This document shows positions 1 through 17,334 of a stretch of DNA of 64,000 nt, in pieces. Each line of letters starts with the position of its first letter. Within the stretch, counting starts at the first letter, position 1. This DNA is from the human T2T-CHM13v2.0 reference genome, Homo sapiens: NCBI RefSeq assembly GCF_009914755.1, contig NC_060933.1; one strand, 5' to 3'. Under the pieces are notes generated by a model that worked only from the letters and a program-made list of their open reading frames with translations, had not been told where the DNA came from and made no database searches. A program made the position numbers and the translations under genes.

Positions 1-719
1 ATAAATGTAAAACCCAATTTTATCACTATGAAATTAAATATAGTCATGAAAATAATGCAAAAATTCTTGCCCATCTGTTGCCTCTGGTGAACTCCCTACT
101 AGCCATCTATCATGATAAGGAGGGACAAAACTGGGCCAACAAGGGTCTGACAGTTTATGAATGAGCAAGGGCACAAAGCTTCACTAGTGAAGGTTTCATT
201 CTTCCCTTATAATCATTTCATGTTATGACCAACCTCAGGGAGAGGGAGAAGGCAACCTTTTCCCTTTGGTAAGTGTCTTTCCATTTACATTAACCACCTT
301 AAATGAACAACCATCAACCACAGAGCAGTTATGAGAAACGAGGATGTTGAATAGGTGAAATACAAAAGTAGGCCACATTTTTGCCATTTCTTTCAATATT
401 CTTCTTATTATATATTAGCCAGGATGTTTTTAAAAATAGCAACAGTCTGTGGAAAAGAAGAGGCATTTATTTTCATTTTCTTCTTTTCACTGTTTAGGTC
501 TTACATCTGTAGGATTCAAAATGTCCCCAGTTTAGACAGTGACAGGAAGAAGGAACAAAATGTCAGGATTAGACAGTTTATCAGCAACAGGGCAATCTGC
601 TCTTGGGTTACCCACTAAGAGCGTGGAGTAAGAGTGCTTGCTATCCAGGACACAGAAAAGTTTTGCACATGTGCTGTTGGTAATTCTCATGCATCACCAT
701 GAAAATCTCAAGAAGGCAG

Positions 720-1086
720 TGATACGGTTTGGTTGTTCCCCCGCTCAAATCTCATCTTGAATTGTAACTCCCACAATTCCCACATTTCGTGAGAGGAACC
801 CAGTGGGAGGTGACTGAATTTATGGGGGCAGGTCTTTCCTGCGCTTTTCTCATGATAGTGAATGAGTCTCATGAGATCCAATGGTTTTAAAAATGGGAGT
901 TTCCCTGCACAAGCTCTCTTTGCTTGCTGCCATCCATGTAAGAGGTGACTTGCTCCTCCTTGCCTTCTGCCATGATCATGAGGCTTCCCAGCCACATGGA
1001 ACTGTAAGTCCATTAAACCTCTTTCTTTTGTAAATTGCCCAATTTCGGGTATGTCTTTATCAGCAGCCTCAAAATGGACTAATACA
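720..1086 (+). mobile_element. THE1-type MaLR solo LTR
   Basis: tgatacggtttgg...ggactaataca termini; near-TSD ggcag/gggag. Confidence 0.9.
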
Positions 1087-1625
1087 GGGAGGAATTAATG
1101 CTTGGAGTTTTGATGAACCTAGGGTACAAAAGATCAGGGACATCCTCCCTTTTCAGCAGACACTCTGGTCAAATCTGCAGAGCTCTGTGGTTGCCATTAT
1201 TTCCCGTTTAAAAATGACAAGGAAAATCTAGAGATTATATTATTGAGCAACCAAGTGTTCAAAGGATGAGAAAACTGGGCTTAAAAGGAAAAACCGAATT
1301 GAAGTTGAGAGAATTAGAAAGAAACAATCAGCCGTCAATGTGAGAAAGAGTCAAAAATAAGAGACCTCTCACCTATTCATATATCTAAAATGCAAATTGG
1401 CTTAAAAATGTGTTCATTAGTAATTCACTCAGTAAATATTTATTCAACACCTACTGTGTGATAATTAGTGTTTCCAGCACACCAGCAGAGAAAAAGGCAC
1501 ACATTTTGGAACTTTCAAAAGACATTTCAAAAGAATGTCAAATGTCAAAAGACCACACTATGCGTCAGGCACTGATACTGTCTAATGGTAGAGAAGGAAA
1601 TGCAGTGTGGTTAGAATAGCACAGA

Positions 1626-1652
1626 TGTATGTATGTATGTATGTATGTATGT
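1626..1652. repeat. (TGTA)n microsatellite
   Basis: direct inspection. Confidence 0.9.
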
Positions 1653-2203
1653 ATTATGTAGAATCACATGAAATTGCTACTATTAAACCATTTTTTACCT
1701 GTTAAATGGCAATTTTATGTATTCCGGCCTGATCGTGTGCAAGGTGCTGAGGGTGAAAGAAGATGAGTTTTAGCTGACAATGGCGTAGGGGCAGGGCATA
1801 CGTGCCAAGGAAAGTCAGCAAAGTTTCCAGATGCCTTTGCTGGCTTTGTGCTGAGCATTAAAGGATGAGTAAGAGTTTGCCAAGCAGATAAGGTAGAACA
1901 TTGGGACAGATGGGATAGAAGATCTGTAGGGAGAGGCAATGGGGGAGAGAAATGAAAAGTCACTCTAGAAAGAGAAGACAGCTTTAAAAACAGAGAAGGC
2001 AAATTGCAAATTGAGTAACCACAATTTCTCTATAATGGAAGCATAGGATATATTTACAGAAATAGCTGGGAAAGCAGGCCAAATATTAAGCCACTAAAAA
2101 GCCTACAACATAGGTAGTGAAATTCTTTACCTTGAAATGGAATATAGCCTAAGGACATGATTGGTACTTAAAAATGTTAATCATAGTGTTATTAAAAAAA
2201 AAT

Positions 2204-2331
2204 TTGAGGGAAGACAGGGTCTCACTCTGCTGCCCAGGTTGGAGTGCAGTGGCATGATCTTGGCTTACTCTAGGTTCCACCTCCTGGGCTCAAGCGATCC
2301 TCCTACCTCAGCCTCCAAGTAGCTGGGACCA
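2204..2331 (-). mobile_element. AluJ/FRAM-like monomer fragment
   Basis: gacagggtctcactctg...ctcctgggctcaagcgatcctcc. Confidence 0.8.
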
Positions 2332-4530
2332 GATAATGTTAATTGGGGAATAGCAAATTATTAATGGACTTTCATATAGTAAGATGTTATTCTATTACTA
2401 AAACATCTTTATAATAACTTTCTAACATTTAATATATATTTTAATAAACATTTCAGGTGATAATCTAAATGATAAAAGTAATCTGCAAAGCTGCATATGT
2501 TACAACATAATTGCAACTATGTTAAAATTATGGCCAGAATAAAGAGAATAAAATACTATAATACTGAAATGTGAACAGTGACTCTTTTAGATATGTAATA
2601 AGGTGATTTTTAAAAACTTCATTGTACTTTTCCATTCCTTCCAAGTTTTCTGCAATGAGTGTGTATTATTTTTATACTTATAGAAAGCAAATAAAGTAAT
2701 GCTAATAAAATTATTCTTAGGTGGCCTCTAAATCAACACGTAGAAGCAAGAGAAGGGCCAGAAAACTCACTGAAACCTCAGATCCTACAATGCTGTGATT
2801 CTTTATCCTGATCTCAGCCCAGGGCTGGGTAACTACCAATTGAATAAGTGAGTAATCATTACAAGAAAACGTTAACATTCAAATACCAAAATACCCTTTG
2901 AATCGAGTATTCCTTCTAACTTAGTAACATAACCAAAAGCCGTCTATTTGAAATAATTTGCCCCAATGTCCTACTGGGTTTTATTTTAAAAAAAAATTAG
3001 TTAATAGTCCCGTCTATGGCTGTTACACTACAGGAGATTTAGAAATTTGTATACCTGTTGTTTAGCACTTAGAACAAGGCACTGGAAAAGAAGACAGATT
3101 CTTCTCACCCCTAATTTACCTGTGCTGCATGAGCCTGCCAGAGATGTTAAATAATTAAGCAATAAATAACAATCATTGGTCTTTGGATCCCTTTTCTGCC
3201 AGTCTATTTCAGATCCACTGGGGAAATCAAAAATGAGTACCTAGTGGTGAACTCCTGAGGGACATCAAACATACGAACTACGCTCCTCAGGACAAGGTAA
3301 TCACCCAGGAAAGCTTTCCTAAGACTAAACACAGATAAGAGGATAGAGAGATACCATTTAAAGAAAAAAGATGTCTGGTGAAGTGATTAAAATGTCCCGA
3401 GACATCTGGTGTTCCAATAAATCACTGTTTTCCAAAGTATATAGGACAAATATTATTTCAGAATGTTTTCTCCCATTTCTGAATTAATCCTTTGCTATCT
3501 CCATCCCTCCTCCTTGAATTTATTTCATGCCTCACTGCTTGAATCTCTTCAAATAAGAAAATGATTTGAATTCTGAAAGTTCTTATTTCCTATACCACTC
3601 ACCTGGCCTTACATACTTGATCATACTTCCTGCATTGGAACTTGCAGTTTAAAGAGGCATATGGATGAGTAGACAGGAAATTGCACTACAGTACAGCAAA
3701 AGCCAGCAGATGAAATATGCAGCATTGTTACCAAGGAAGTTTCCCCAACCCAGACCTCAGAAGATGTGCAAGGTGAGATGATGTGATGATGTGCAGTGTG
3801 TCAGTGTCAGTCACACTGTCATCTTTGCATGCAAATGGGTTTTGTCTACCCATTTAAGTTCAAAGTCTTTCATAGCAGGGTCTAGGTCATATTCCTGTGT
3901 ACCCCACAGTGCTTAGTGCTATAAGTTACAGATATCAGATGTTGAATTAATATTTTTTAGTGGAACAAATGCCACCTGGGTGACAACATAAAGCAATGCC
4001 AAAAATGTAACTGCAGTGCTAATAAATGAACATTTTCTGTACATCTAACCTGTGTTCACGCTGTCATTTGCTGTGGGCAAGTCATATACTGGGTAAGACA
4101 TTATCGTTACTTTTCAGGAACTCAAAAAGCAGACCAGTTGCTTCTTAGGAGCTAGGTGGTGATCAGTAAGCTTTGCAAATTAATAATGTAATTACCTTAG
4201 GAGCTTGCTTCAGGCATTTCTGTCATGATTTATAGACCCACCAACTACGATGATCAAACTGACCAAAAACGCTAAGGAGAATCATAGGGTGAATGGAAGG
4301 TCTGTGTGGTAGCGTCAGGAACAAAGCAAGTAATATCTGCCTTTCTCCGCTGTTTGAAATTCGTTATAATAACACAATCAGAAATACTTCCATATATGGT
4401 GATCATGCTGGAAAAATGGAGGCCAGGCTGCAGCTGCTTCTTGTTTTTAATGGAAGTAACCATTCTGACTGTTTGATTATGGGAGCCCACACTGAGGAGT
4501 GGAGACTCTCATGTTGCTTGCATTCCCTCA

Positions 4531-4806
<276 letters not shown>

Positions 4807-5599
4807 CTAGGCAATGGAAAAAATGCATGTTTTCAGAAAAAGAAAGAAATGACAAATTCTTTGACAGGTAATCCATTGCTCATAGTCAGAATGACAGGCA
4901 TTTTCATCTTACAGACACATGAAACAACAGCCGTGAAATTTGGCCAAGTAATCTGTGTCTTTTAACTTTTCCCATGTAAACCATCTTGCAAGAAATGCCC
5001 CATGTGACAGACATTTTAGGTAGGAATGGGGGAATATGGTTATGGTTCAGGACTCAAAACTCTCATTTGTTTCTAGACAGAAAAAATACAAATGTAATAT
5101 AAGGCATTCTTCACCAAAGCCCCTATCCTCTTTCATTAAACTCACACATATTCCAGAAGAATTCTGGTCCTTGTGGTCCAAGGCATTTTCATTTACTGCA
5201 TCAAAGTTATTTTTGTTTCAAATTACTTGGTGATTACAAAGCTTTCCTCCACCCTCAACTTCCTGCCACCCAGGAAGTTTCTCTGGACTTATAATAAGCA
5301 GCAGCTGCATTTCAAACAGTTTGAGTTAAATATGAAACTCCGTAACTATTCAATCAATGCCAGGTTTCATCCCGACAAAATGTTTTTCTCTCACTTTCAC
5401 GAAAATAAAACTCCAAGTAAAAAGGAAAGAAAAGCGACATGGGATCACGCTGGCACTCTAAATTTAAAAAGATCGTGTAGAAATCTGGAAAAGCATATCT
5501 TCTAAAAGGGAGTGAGGACAACCCCCCTCTGAGTTCACAGCCACAACTTGGTGTGTGCTGCAAGGCTGCCACGTCTGCCCTGTGAATCCTCTCAACCCT

Positions 5600-6170
5600 A
5601 CACCTTCTTCCCTAATGCTCAGCCAAAGTGATCTTTTTAACGTGTGGACTTTAAGTCACTGCCTTTCGGAGACCTTCAGTGGCTTCCCATTGATTCTGCT
5701 AGTATTTCTCTGGCCTTATCCCATGCTATGGGGTGCCTTTGCCACTCCACTCCAGTTTTATCCCGACACACATTCCCCACCATCACAGGGTCTCTGCATC
5801 ATCTCTCTCCCCACTGCCCACGTCTCTTCCCCCTGGGAATTCTGTCCCCAACTCTTTGCTTGGTTAACTCCTCCTTCAGGTTACATGGGGATTCCTCAGG
5901 AAATCCTTCCTTAACTATTCAGCTAATTTAGGGGCTTCTATTATTTACTCTATTTTAGCATCCTATTTACGTATAGAACCATCTAAATTTTAATCAATTA
6001 ATTATCTTGGTGATAATCTGTTTAATGCCTGTCTTCATCCCTGGCCTGTGACCTCTAGAAGAACAGTGACTTTGTTTGTCTTGTTCATCATCATATTCTA
6101 AATATCTGGCCTAAGGCTTGGCAAAGAAAGCACTTATTAAATATTTGCTGAATAAATGAATGAGTGAATG
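5600..6170. mobile_element. L2 LINE fragment, degraded; boundaries approximate
   Basis: L2-like 3' end (...aaatatttgctgaataaatgaatgagtgaatg). Confidence 0.55.
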
Positions 6171-7318
6171 CAACTATGTATATGTGTCCTGACTACCTTG
6201 TTATTTAAACAGGCTAAAACTCTAAAAAAAATATACATGAAATTTAATGGATAGAGGAATGGGTAACAAAAGCTCCAGGCTAGTTATTTAAAGACTTTAA
6301 AAGCCTATAATATTCTCTACTTTTCTATTGGCTTATTAAGAAAAAACCATCTTTGTTCAAGTCCCCTGAGTGAATTCATTTAAGACCTTCTCCAGTATTG
6401 TTCTTGACCCTGAGGAATATCACCAACAAATTCAGTGATGACCATCTTGCAGCCGTTCACAAAAGAGTCTCAGCTTTCAAATGAATAATAAAGTCCAAAG
6501 GCAATAGAATTAAGAATATTCCTTCTGGGTAAAAAAAAAATCACAAACACTTGTCAAAAAATTGGCTGTGCCTCTGTTTGGCTTTTAAAGACCATCCTCT
6601 TGTGTTTAAAAAGAAACAATAAACAGATTGTTTTCCCAAAATGCACTGCCTATTGTCATGGATGGAAGATAGGGTTGGGGTTTTTTCCCCACAAATTTGC
6701 TTTTCAGACAAAAAAAGTAACTCAGAAAGTTTTGTCTCTCTGTAAGTCTGCCAACAAAGAAAACTGTCCTTTTTGAAGCTGCAATAACATACTGCTCTTT
6801 ATTCAGATCCCAAAGGCCATTATGAGGACTAAGTGGGAAAACGAAAGGAAGAGATTGCCTTGTTCCTGGCATAGAGAGGTGCACAGGAACTACTGGCCAG
6901 TATGATCATTATAATCACCTAGTGATGTAGAAGTGTGGCAGGGTGAGGAGGAAAGAACACTGACCTAGGTAACAAAGAGTGGAGATGCCAGCCCAAGACT
7001 ACACTGTCTAGTCAATGATTTTGGGCAAGTCATTGAACCTTCTTGTACCTAAATATCCTTAGCTATAAAATGGGGATAACTCCTTCACTGCTTCTTAAAA
7101 TTATAGATGTGAACATCCTTTATTAGTTACTAAAATATCTTACAAAGACATTATTACCAATATAGTAATGAGTTCATATCACAAAGATCTGAAAAATTCC
7201 AACAGAAAGAAAAATAATCTAGAACAATGAAAATAATTAGTGGCTCTTCAGGGAACATGGTATATTTTTCTTCAGACCTTCTTTTGTTACCAACTATAAA
7301 TACCTGCAAATCCTCTGA

Positions 7319-7756
<438 letters not shown>

Positions 7757-8161
7757 TAGGACTATATGGTACAGGAACTCACAAAGAGGCACCACACACA
7801 CATATACATGGCTTTATCTGTAAACAGGAAAACCCCAGTGATACTAGCCTAACCTGCCCCACTGCTAAATAAATATTTCTGAGTTTTATAGTTCAAAGAT
7901 ATTAGAAATAATTTATACATAGAATAAATTACTTTTAAAATTAAATATCTATGTTTGAAGTCAGAGTAATTCTACCTCTAAATAGATTAGAGAGAGACAA
8001 TAGCATAGTACTACTACTTCATCATTACAACTTTGGTTTCTATTGGCAGGCCTGAGACATACAAGGATCGAAGCAGGTATCCTCTCACTTTGGAGGCCGT
8101 AGGTTTCAAGTTCTGTCAGGACCTGAGAGTTTTCCAACAAGATCCTCTATGTCTGTATGAT

Positions 8162-8642
<481 letters not shown>

Positions 8643-10857
8643 TTAGGAACAGTGTGAGAGTAAATTGAGATGCATGATACATGAGCTCTTCCAAGGCTTT
8701 GGCCATGTGTTCACTAAATAAATAAATAGCAACAACAACAACAACAAAAACCCAGCATAATCCTGAAGTCACATATTTAACTACTTATACATCCTTGAAT
8801 GTAAAATTGCTCCACCCTGGAAAAATGTGTTATATGCATTTCTAATTTGTCCTCAAATTAAAAAGCAGCCCTTCAAATGCCACTGTGACAACAGGAACCA
8901 TTTGGTATAGGTCTGTACGCTTGCAGAATACACTGACTAGGGCCAGGAGAACCCTCAGACTGAGCAATAGATGAGGAAAAGTGGGACACTGTGGATTTGA
9001 TCTTTTTCTCCCCTTTTCTACTTCTAAGGCTAGGCTAATCCTTCCACCTGTGCTCTGGATCTATTCAGCTTTTCTCTAAAACCTTGATCAATGAATTATG
9101 TATTGCCTCTTTCCTGTCATTTCTCCTCTTCCATTGACTAGCTATCTTCCTCTCAATCTATATGAATTCTTAAATCTCTTAGACTTAAAAAATACCTTTC
9201 CTTTGTCTAGCCTTAGCCCTATCTTCCACTAATTCTCAGCCACATTTCTTGAAGGCATTGTCTAATTATAGGCCCTCCACATACTCTCCAGCCCATTGCA
9301 GTGATGCTTGGAAAGTTCTAAGGAGCTGCTGAAGTGAATTGAGCCAAATTTTAAACATATCAATGAGTCCTAGGAATGGAAAATAAAAGTTGTATTAAAA
9401 AATAATATAATATATTGAACATGTATAATCTTTAACTATGGGGAAAAAGTCAGAGCTGAAAGGTATTTTACTGAGGACTAGTTTCACCCATAGGCAGGGT
9501 AGGAACTGAGGTTGAGGATTCCCTTCCTATGGTGGGGAAGTCCCACATCCTCCCCACCCTCCATGATCCTCTCACGCACTACCCGCTATGCTTTATTTTG
9601 CCATGCTCCCTGCAATTTTCATCAAAACTATATTGGTGAGTGATAATTCTTTTTTACTAATTCTATTTTACTATGCTAAAATCCCTAAAAGGATCAAATG
9701 GCCCTAAGAGTACACATCCAAAGGATGACTGGAGTCAAACAGATATTCTTTCAAAATCTGACCCCTCCATATACTAGCTGAATGAACTTGGGCAAATTCC
9801 TCAATCTCTTTGTGCTTAGTTCTTCAATTAAAATATGAGAATGGATACCTTGTCAGACTTGATTACTATGCAGATTAAATTTTCAAAAACCATAATTGTA
9901 AGCCTCTGACAGTATGCTTGAACAGATAGTTCTAGCAAATATTGGTACTGTTTATCCATCATTCACTCCGTAGCAAGAATTACCTAAACAGGGCTCTCTA
10001 TCTAACAGACAGCTGAGAGCTGAAATCTCAAAAAACATTTTTTTAACAAGGATAGGAGTGCGAGTGCAAAGATCAAGATATCGTGGACTGTAAATCAATG
10101 GTGGAACTAAACTGTCAGGATTAAACTCATCTTCTTCTGTACAAATCTTAGTTTCTGGTCAACTTTCTAGTCAAGTGCAGAGCTAAGCATCTGATGTATA
10201 ATATCTCCTATCATACTTTATCTAAAGGGCTAATGCTCCCATTTATAGCTTGAATTTACAGGTGAGAAGTGAGTGTGTGGGTCTACCCGACCATTGCTTT
10301 TGAATAGCTTGTATTGTTTTCCAGAGAAGTTGTTTCACTAGATTTTGTAGGAAAGTTTCTTACAGAACTGCATTAGGTAGAGGAAATGAAAGACCTTCAG
10401 GTAAGGGCAGTTTCTCTAGGACCATGAGGCCAGGGATTGTGCCATCCCTGTTGGAGACTCAAGTATTAGTTTACGCCCTGCCTACTCAGCTCACCCTGCT
10501 TGTTTGCCTGCAGATCCCTGCCCTAGTAGAACGGAATAAGTTTACATTAAGGACATTGATCAACAGAGTTCTATCCCAGAGTTTCTGGGTTATGAAATTT
10601 GCTTCTCTGGGACACAAGTTCAATTATGTACATTAGCCTCACAGATTATTTCAGTCTCTCTTTATCTAGTTTGACTATTACCTCCTGTGATATGTGCAGT
10701 TACTGCCAATTTAATATTCACGGCAATTAAATTTTTATTGTTCAAATATCCATAAAGTTATTTCCACTGGTATAGCAAGTCAGATGGAAATAAAATGTCT
10801 GGAGGGAAAGGAAAAATTGATCATTTGTAATTTTCAACTGACCCGTTGAGTGTGTTA

Positions 10858-11184
<327 letters not shown>

Positions 11185-13657
11185 CTAGAAAGAAGAAAGG
11201 AAGGAAACATTCAAAGCCTTTTTCCATGACCCCTGAAGACAGAGCTCATTACATCACTGTAAAACTTCCAGTATTATCTTCACATGCAAACTAATTTTTC
11301 AAGAATGTGGTAAGAGGATAAGTTCATAGCTAGACATTTTGACTGAAAAATTTTTTTTTACTATTTCTAATTCTAAGCATTAATGTGTTACAAGGAAACA
11401 AGGCAGATCTCTAAGATTGAAAGTATCTACTTTTCATTTATTGCATAGCCTGTATAGTAGAATTGGCAATCATTACTATCTGTGCTGCTAAACTGAGGAA
11501 ATAATAATTTTCATCCTCAGGTCCATTCCCATCACTGTTCAATACACATACAGCTTAGTCTAAAAAATACACAAAATCTATGTCAAATTCCCCTGAAGGA
11601 AAGGTTTCATCTACTTTTCATCCTAAAAATTCTTAAAGGCTTGGGAAATGGATTGGAGCTTTAGAACTTCAGTCACAGTGAATATTTTAGAAATGGAAGT
11701 AGTGTGGCAAAATTGAAGATTCCAGAGGAAATAGATTTATTCAAACATTAGACTTAAATATTAAAGCCACAAAGATAATTTGCTATAATAGAAAAACTCA
11801 CTGCTCGACTAATAATTCATTTGTAAGTTAAAAGCAAGTTGAATGGCTTGGGATATTTTATCACCTCATTGGGAGGGAGCAATAAGTGTTCTATGGCCAA
11901 ATAAGTCTAGAAAGAAGTTACATAAAATATCCTTACCATGGAGGTTTATAAGGGACATAAGCATATCCAAGGCTCTGAGATCCTGCAGGAGGAAAACCTG
12001 CTAACTTTGTTTAACCTATCATTACCCCCACGCTTGTATTGCTACGCAGAAGTGAAAGCAAGCAGATACAGTGGGGTACCAAATCACGGGCTCTGAGGAC
12101 CCCTCCCAGGTGGTCTAGTAAGGTGCCCTGTCCATGGGAGGATGCAGCAGTTCTCCTAGGAAGCACCTACTCTTCTCAGAGCAGCTGCTGGTCCCAGCAG
12201 GGAGGATGTTCCCTGAAGAAAGAGCTGGTAAAGGAGGATGACAACAAATTGGAAGAGGAAAGGGAAGGAAGCAAGTGAAGCTGCAGCCTCTGCTCAAGAG
12301 CCTGCTGTGTCCTTCTGGACACCACGGCACAGTGCTGGTACCAACTCCAGGCCACAGCCACCTGGGGCATTCATGGTGCCACAAGGGCAGCCCCTTGCAT
12401 CATGGAAATTATGAGACCTACAATTCTGAGACCACTGCCTTCTATTCTTTAATCAACTACCAATGCAAAAACATAGACTTCTCTCCCTACAACTACCCCC
12501 ACCCTGACCTCTCCCAAGTGTCTCATTTTCACTTTGCTAAACCTATATTTTCACTGTTTGTAGGAGAAAGAAAGAGAGGGAGCTCTTACTCAGAGAGGAG
12601 TGTTGTCTTCGAACAAAGGTCCATGCTTGCCAACCTCATTTTTCTGAGCTGTATTGAATTAGTATCCCAATATGGAATCTTCAATTTCCAATGTTTCAAG
12701 GAATATGCTTTGCTACATTAGGTGATTTTTTAAATATATATTTTAGGGCAACTTTCAAAAAAATAAAAGCATAAGGCTAATTTCCCCCGACTCATTAGTC
12801 ATTAGCTTTTTAATTCTTGCCCAGATCCAGTGCTCAGGTTTCTGGGACTCAGGTTAGCATGGTGTCAACATCCTCCCGTGGTTATCACTTGGCCAGCTCT
12901 CTGCAGGAATTCTACATAAGGGATCAACTCCTGTGGTGGGTCTCACTGAAGCTGCTAATTTAATTTTGTTTCTAATATCCTCAGTTTTTTGAGGGACTAT
13001 TTCATTTGCCCCATATACTGTAAAAAGTAAAAATAAAAAAAAAGAGAAGCTACCCTGCCATTCTTTCCTCAACTCCCCAAAACTATTCAGTGAAATTAAC
13101 TTTTTCCTTTACACTTTTTAGTTTCCTTCTCAGATCATCATTCTCCATCAAGAGGCTTGAATAACTTTGCATAAAGGAGCATTTCTCCATGATTGTTTTA
13201 GAGAAAACTTTGGCTTCTTTAGTGCTAGGCTATTTCATGGCCTGTATCTCATACATAAAAAAGAATGGTCTGAACAAAATCTAATCAAGTTGACTCCATA
13301 AGCATTCTAAACTATTTCACCACCGGGAATATGATCTGGTCCCTGATAGGAAAGGTGTCAAAGAATGGAGTTAGTTTAAAATCCTCCGTGTGAGCCCTTT
13401 GGCAGGTTTTCTACCAAAGATGGCAAGTCCACAGGTGTGGGAGGTCAGGCCAGTGATAGAAATAAGTGTGGTGAGTTGGATGGGGGCTTAGATGGTCTGG
13501 AGAGCACACCCTATGGAATGGCTGCTGTAGGGTGTGCGGGTTAAATTTTATTAGATCTGCCGGAGTTTCAAGGGAGGCTAGGAATCAGCCTTGATGGAAA
13601 ATCTTCTGATCTTTAAATGTCGGCAATTCATTATTTTCATATATTGTTTTGACCTCT

Positions 13658-14012
13658 TCACGTGGTTTGGCCGTGTCCCCACCCAAATCTCACCTTGAAT
13701 TGTAATAATCCCCATGTGTCAAGGATGGGGCCAGGTGGAGATAACTGAATCATAGGGGCAGTTTCCCCCATAGTATTCTCATGGTAGTGAATACATCTCA
13801 CAAGATCTGATGGTTTTATAAATGAGAGTTCCCTGCACAAGTTCTCTTGCCTGCCACCATGTAAGACGTGACTTTGCTCCTCATCCCCCTTCTGCCATGG
13901 TTGTGAGGCTTCCCTAGCCACGTGAAACTGTGAATTCATTAAACCCCTTTCCTTTGTAAATTACCCAGTCTCGGGTATGTCTTTATTAGCAGCGTGAGAA
14001 CAGACTAATACA
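13658..14012 (+). mobile_element. THE1/MSTA-type MaLR solo LTR
   Basis: gtggtttggccgtgtccccacccaaatctcaccttgaattg...gactaataca. Confidence 0.9.
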
Positions 14013-14846
14013 CCCATCAAAACTTCTGCAGGTTGGGCAGCCCTTTTAGGCCCTCAGGGTAAGACCTCTGCCCCACAACCTTGGGCAGGTATAGAGATGA
14101 TGAGGAGTCAGGAAAGAGAACGCCAGTGCAGGCTATAGTCCAAGTAGGCACCCGGGAAAGTGACCTCTTTCCTTAAGGATGAGGCATGTGTAGGCTGTGG
14201 TCCCTTCTGGTTGATAATGAATGGGTAATGCTATTTTGTCTTCCTGCTTTTAAGGGAAATAATAAGAATAATAATGACCATACTAATTAAGCCTAGCATT
14301 GTGAAGGTGGGCAGGGGAACCGGGTAGGTATGGGACATACTCTCAATGCAAATCCCAGCTTCCCAGAAAAAATGCACAAGGTAGCAATGCCTTTGTAGTT
14401 CGGTTTTAATGAAAAGACCCAAGTCCTTTCAGGCTTACACAAACACAGGGCAGTGGGGCAAAGTATGACAGAAGGGTCCATCTTGATTCATTTTGGAAAA
14501 TTAAAGAGCTTCTTTAGATTACAGAGCAGCATAGTTGGGCTGCAGTGAGGGTAAATAAGCCCTTCCAGTGGCTAAGAGACCCATAATTTAATCCCCTTCC
14601 CTTGATCAACACGTGAAACTCAGCAGAAAGAAGAGGAAGTGAAAAAGAATTTGATAAAGCTTTGAAAATAATGTTAAATTTAGTAGCTGAAAAATCTCAC
14701 CTTTTACATAGAAAGTCCCATGGGAGTAAAAGACTCCCTTCTCCCTGCTTTTTTCTTCTTTTTTTTACTACACCATAGATGGAAATTTCTTTTATAAGTT
14801 TAAAAAACTAGCCTAAAGGAAAGTTACCATTTCTAGTAGGTCTTCA

Positions 14847-15149
<303 letters not shown>

Positions 15150-15213
15150 TTAATTGATATTGAACACTGTAAATGCCACCATCATCACTTTGAAGATTAC
15201 CAAAAGCTCTATT

Positions 15214-15260
15214 TTTACTTCAATGGCAAAAACTGCAATAACTTTTGCATCAAACTAATA
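15214..15260. mobile_element. Half MADE1 / Hsmar1 terminal inverted repeat
   Basis: ttacttcaatggcaaaaactgcaataacttttgcatcaaactaata matches one arm of MADE1. Confidence 0.8.
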
Positions 15261-15443
15261 GAAGCAAGGAAGAATTCTCCTACAGGGTTTCAGAAGGAGC
15301 ATGGCCCTGCCAACACCTTGATTTAAGACTTCTAGCCTCCAGGACTATGAGAAAATAAAGCTCATAGTCCTTTATGTCCTGGCAGTTTATTTTAAACCAC
15401 CCAGTTCATGGTATATTGTTGTCAGCCCTTGGAAACTAATACA
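15261..15443 (+). mobile_element. MLT1-type LTR 3' fragment
   Basis: ggagcatggccctgccaacaccttgatt...ggaaactaataca. Confidence 0.75.
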
Positions 15444-15762
15444 GTAAGATACTGAATAAACTGAATTTTGTGGAATAAAAACGTATACACCAGATACCCA
15501 AACTAGAGTCCTGCTGATGGCAAAACAATACAAAAGTCTGTTTTCAGTAAAATTACTGAAAAGATTGTGAAACCATATTCAACTTGATCAAGTACTTTGA
15601 AATAGATGCCACACACTTAATGGAAACATACAAGTAGCAAGTATAAAGATGTCAAGTCTTTGTGGATGTCAAAGACCAACATTCTCAGGCACAATACTAG
15701 GCATGCCATACCTTCTAAGGGCACACTTGCATCATGTTTGTCAGCATTTTAGCATATCCTCA

Positions 15763-15987
<225 letters not shown>

Positions 15988-16508
15988 TTATGTTGGGAGA
16001 TTCTAGCATTAAGTCCAGTTTCATCAACATCATCCTTGTCATGACTGCAAAAGGTATGTACAGAATCTTTTGCTTGGCATCATGTAAGGGAATTGTTACA
16101 CTCATGTTAAAAATGGTTTCTTGCTCTCATGCATACGATACTAGCATAACGTATATTCATGCCATTTTTCTAGATTGAGATCATAGAATGTAACGATTTC
16201 ATGGCAGTAATATGCAAAACTAATGTTAGGAAGACCTCAATAAATTGTACTAAAAGAAAAATAAGCATTGTCTTTCAAAAAGTGGATTAAAGACTGTTTT
16301 AAGCCTACCAATGCTGAAGACACTACAAGCTGCAGATCACTTACCAACTAATACAGCTTTCAAAGGGAGATAGGAAGTTGTTTGAGAAAAAAGTAAACGC
16401 TTAATTGAGTATAATTTCATGCCTGACCAATGGAGCAAGTAAACCACAGTACTATATATATATATATTGCTCTATATTGACACTTTCAACTTTGCAATCC
16501 TAGAACTA

Positions 16509-16808
<300 letters not shown>

Positions 16809-16912
16809 TCACAGTTAAGATAATTTCTAAAACTGTCATTTATAATATACTTCTGTCAAATGATTCAGGAGCTATTAAGAATATAAGCCAAAAAATGGAA
16901 ATCCTCTACTCA

Positions 16913-17245
<333 letters not shown>

Positions 17246-17270
17246 GTATATATATACATACATATATATA

Positions 17271-17333
<63 letters not shown>
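17246..17333. repeat. Compound (TA)n(TG)n(TA)n microsatellite after the Alu tail
   Basis: direct inspection. Confidence 0.9.

Positions 17334-17334
<1 letters not shown>

Noticed and set aside
12039-12721. GC-richer patch with overlapping ORFs up to 148 aa
   Set aside because: No recognisable protein, splice pattern, poly(A) tail or TSD, and FREM1 exons 12 and 13 join in frame without it. A BLAST/Dfam search would settle it.
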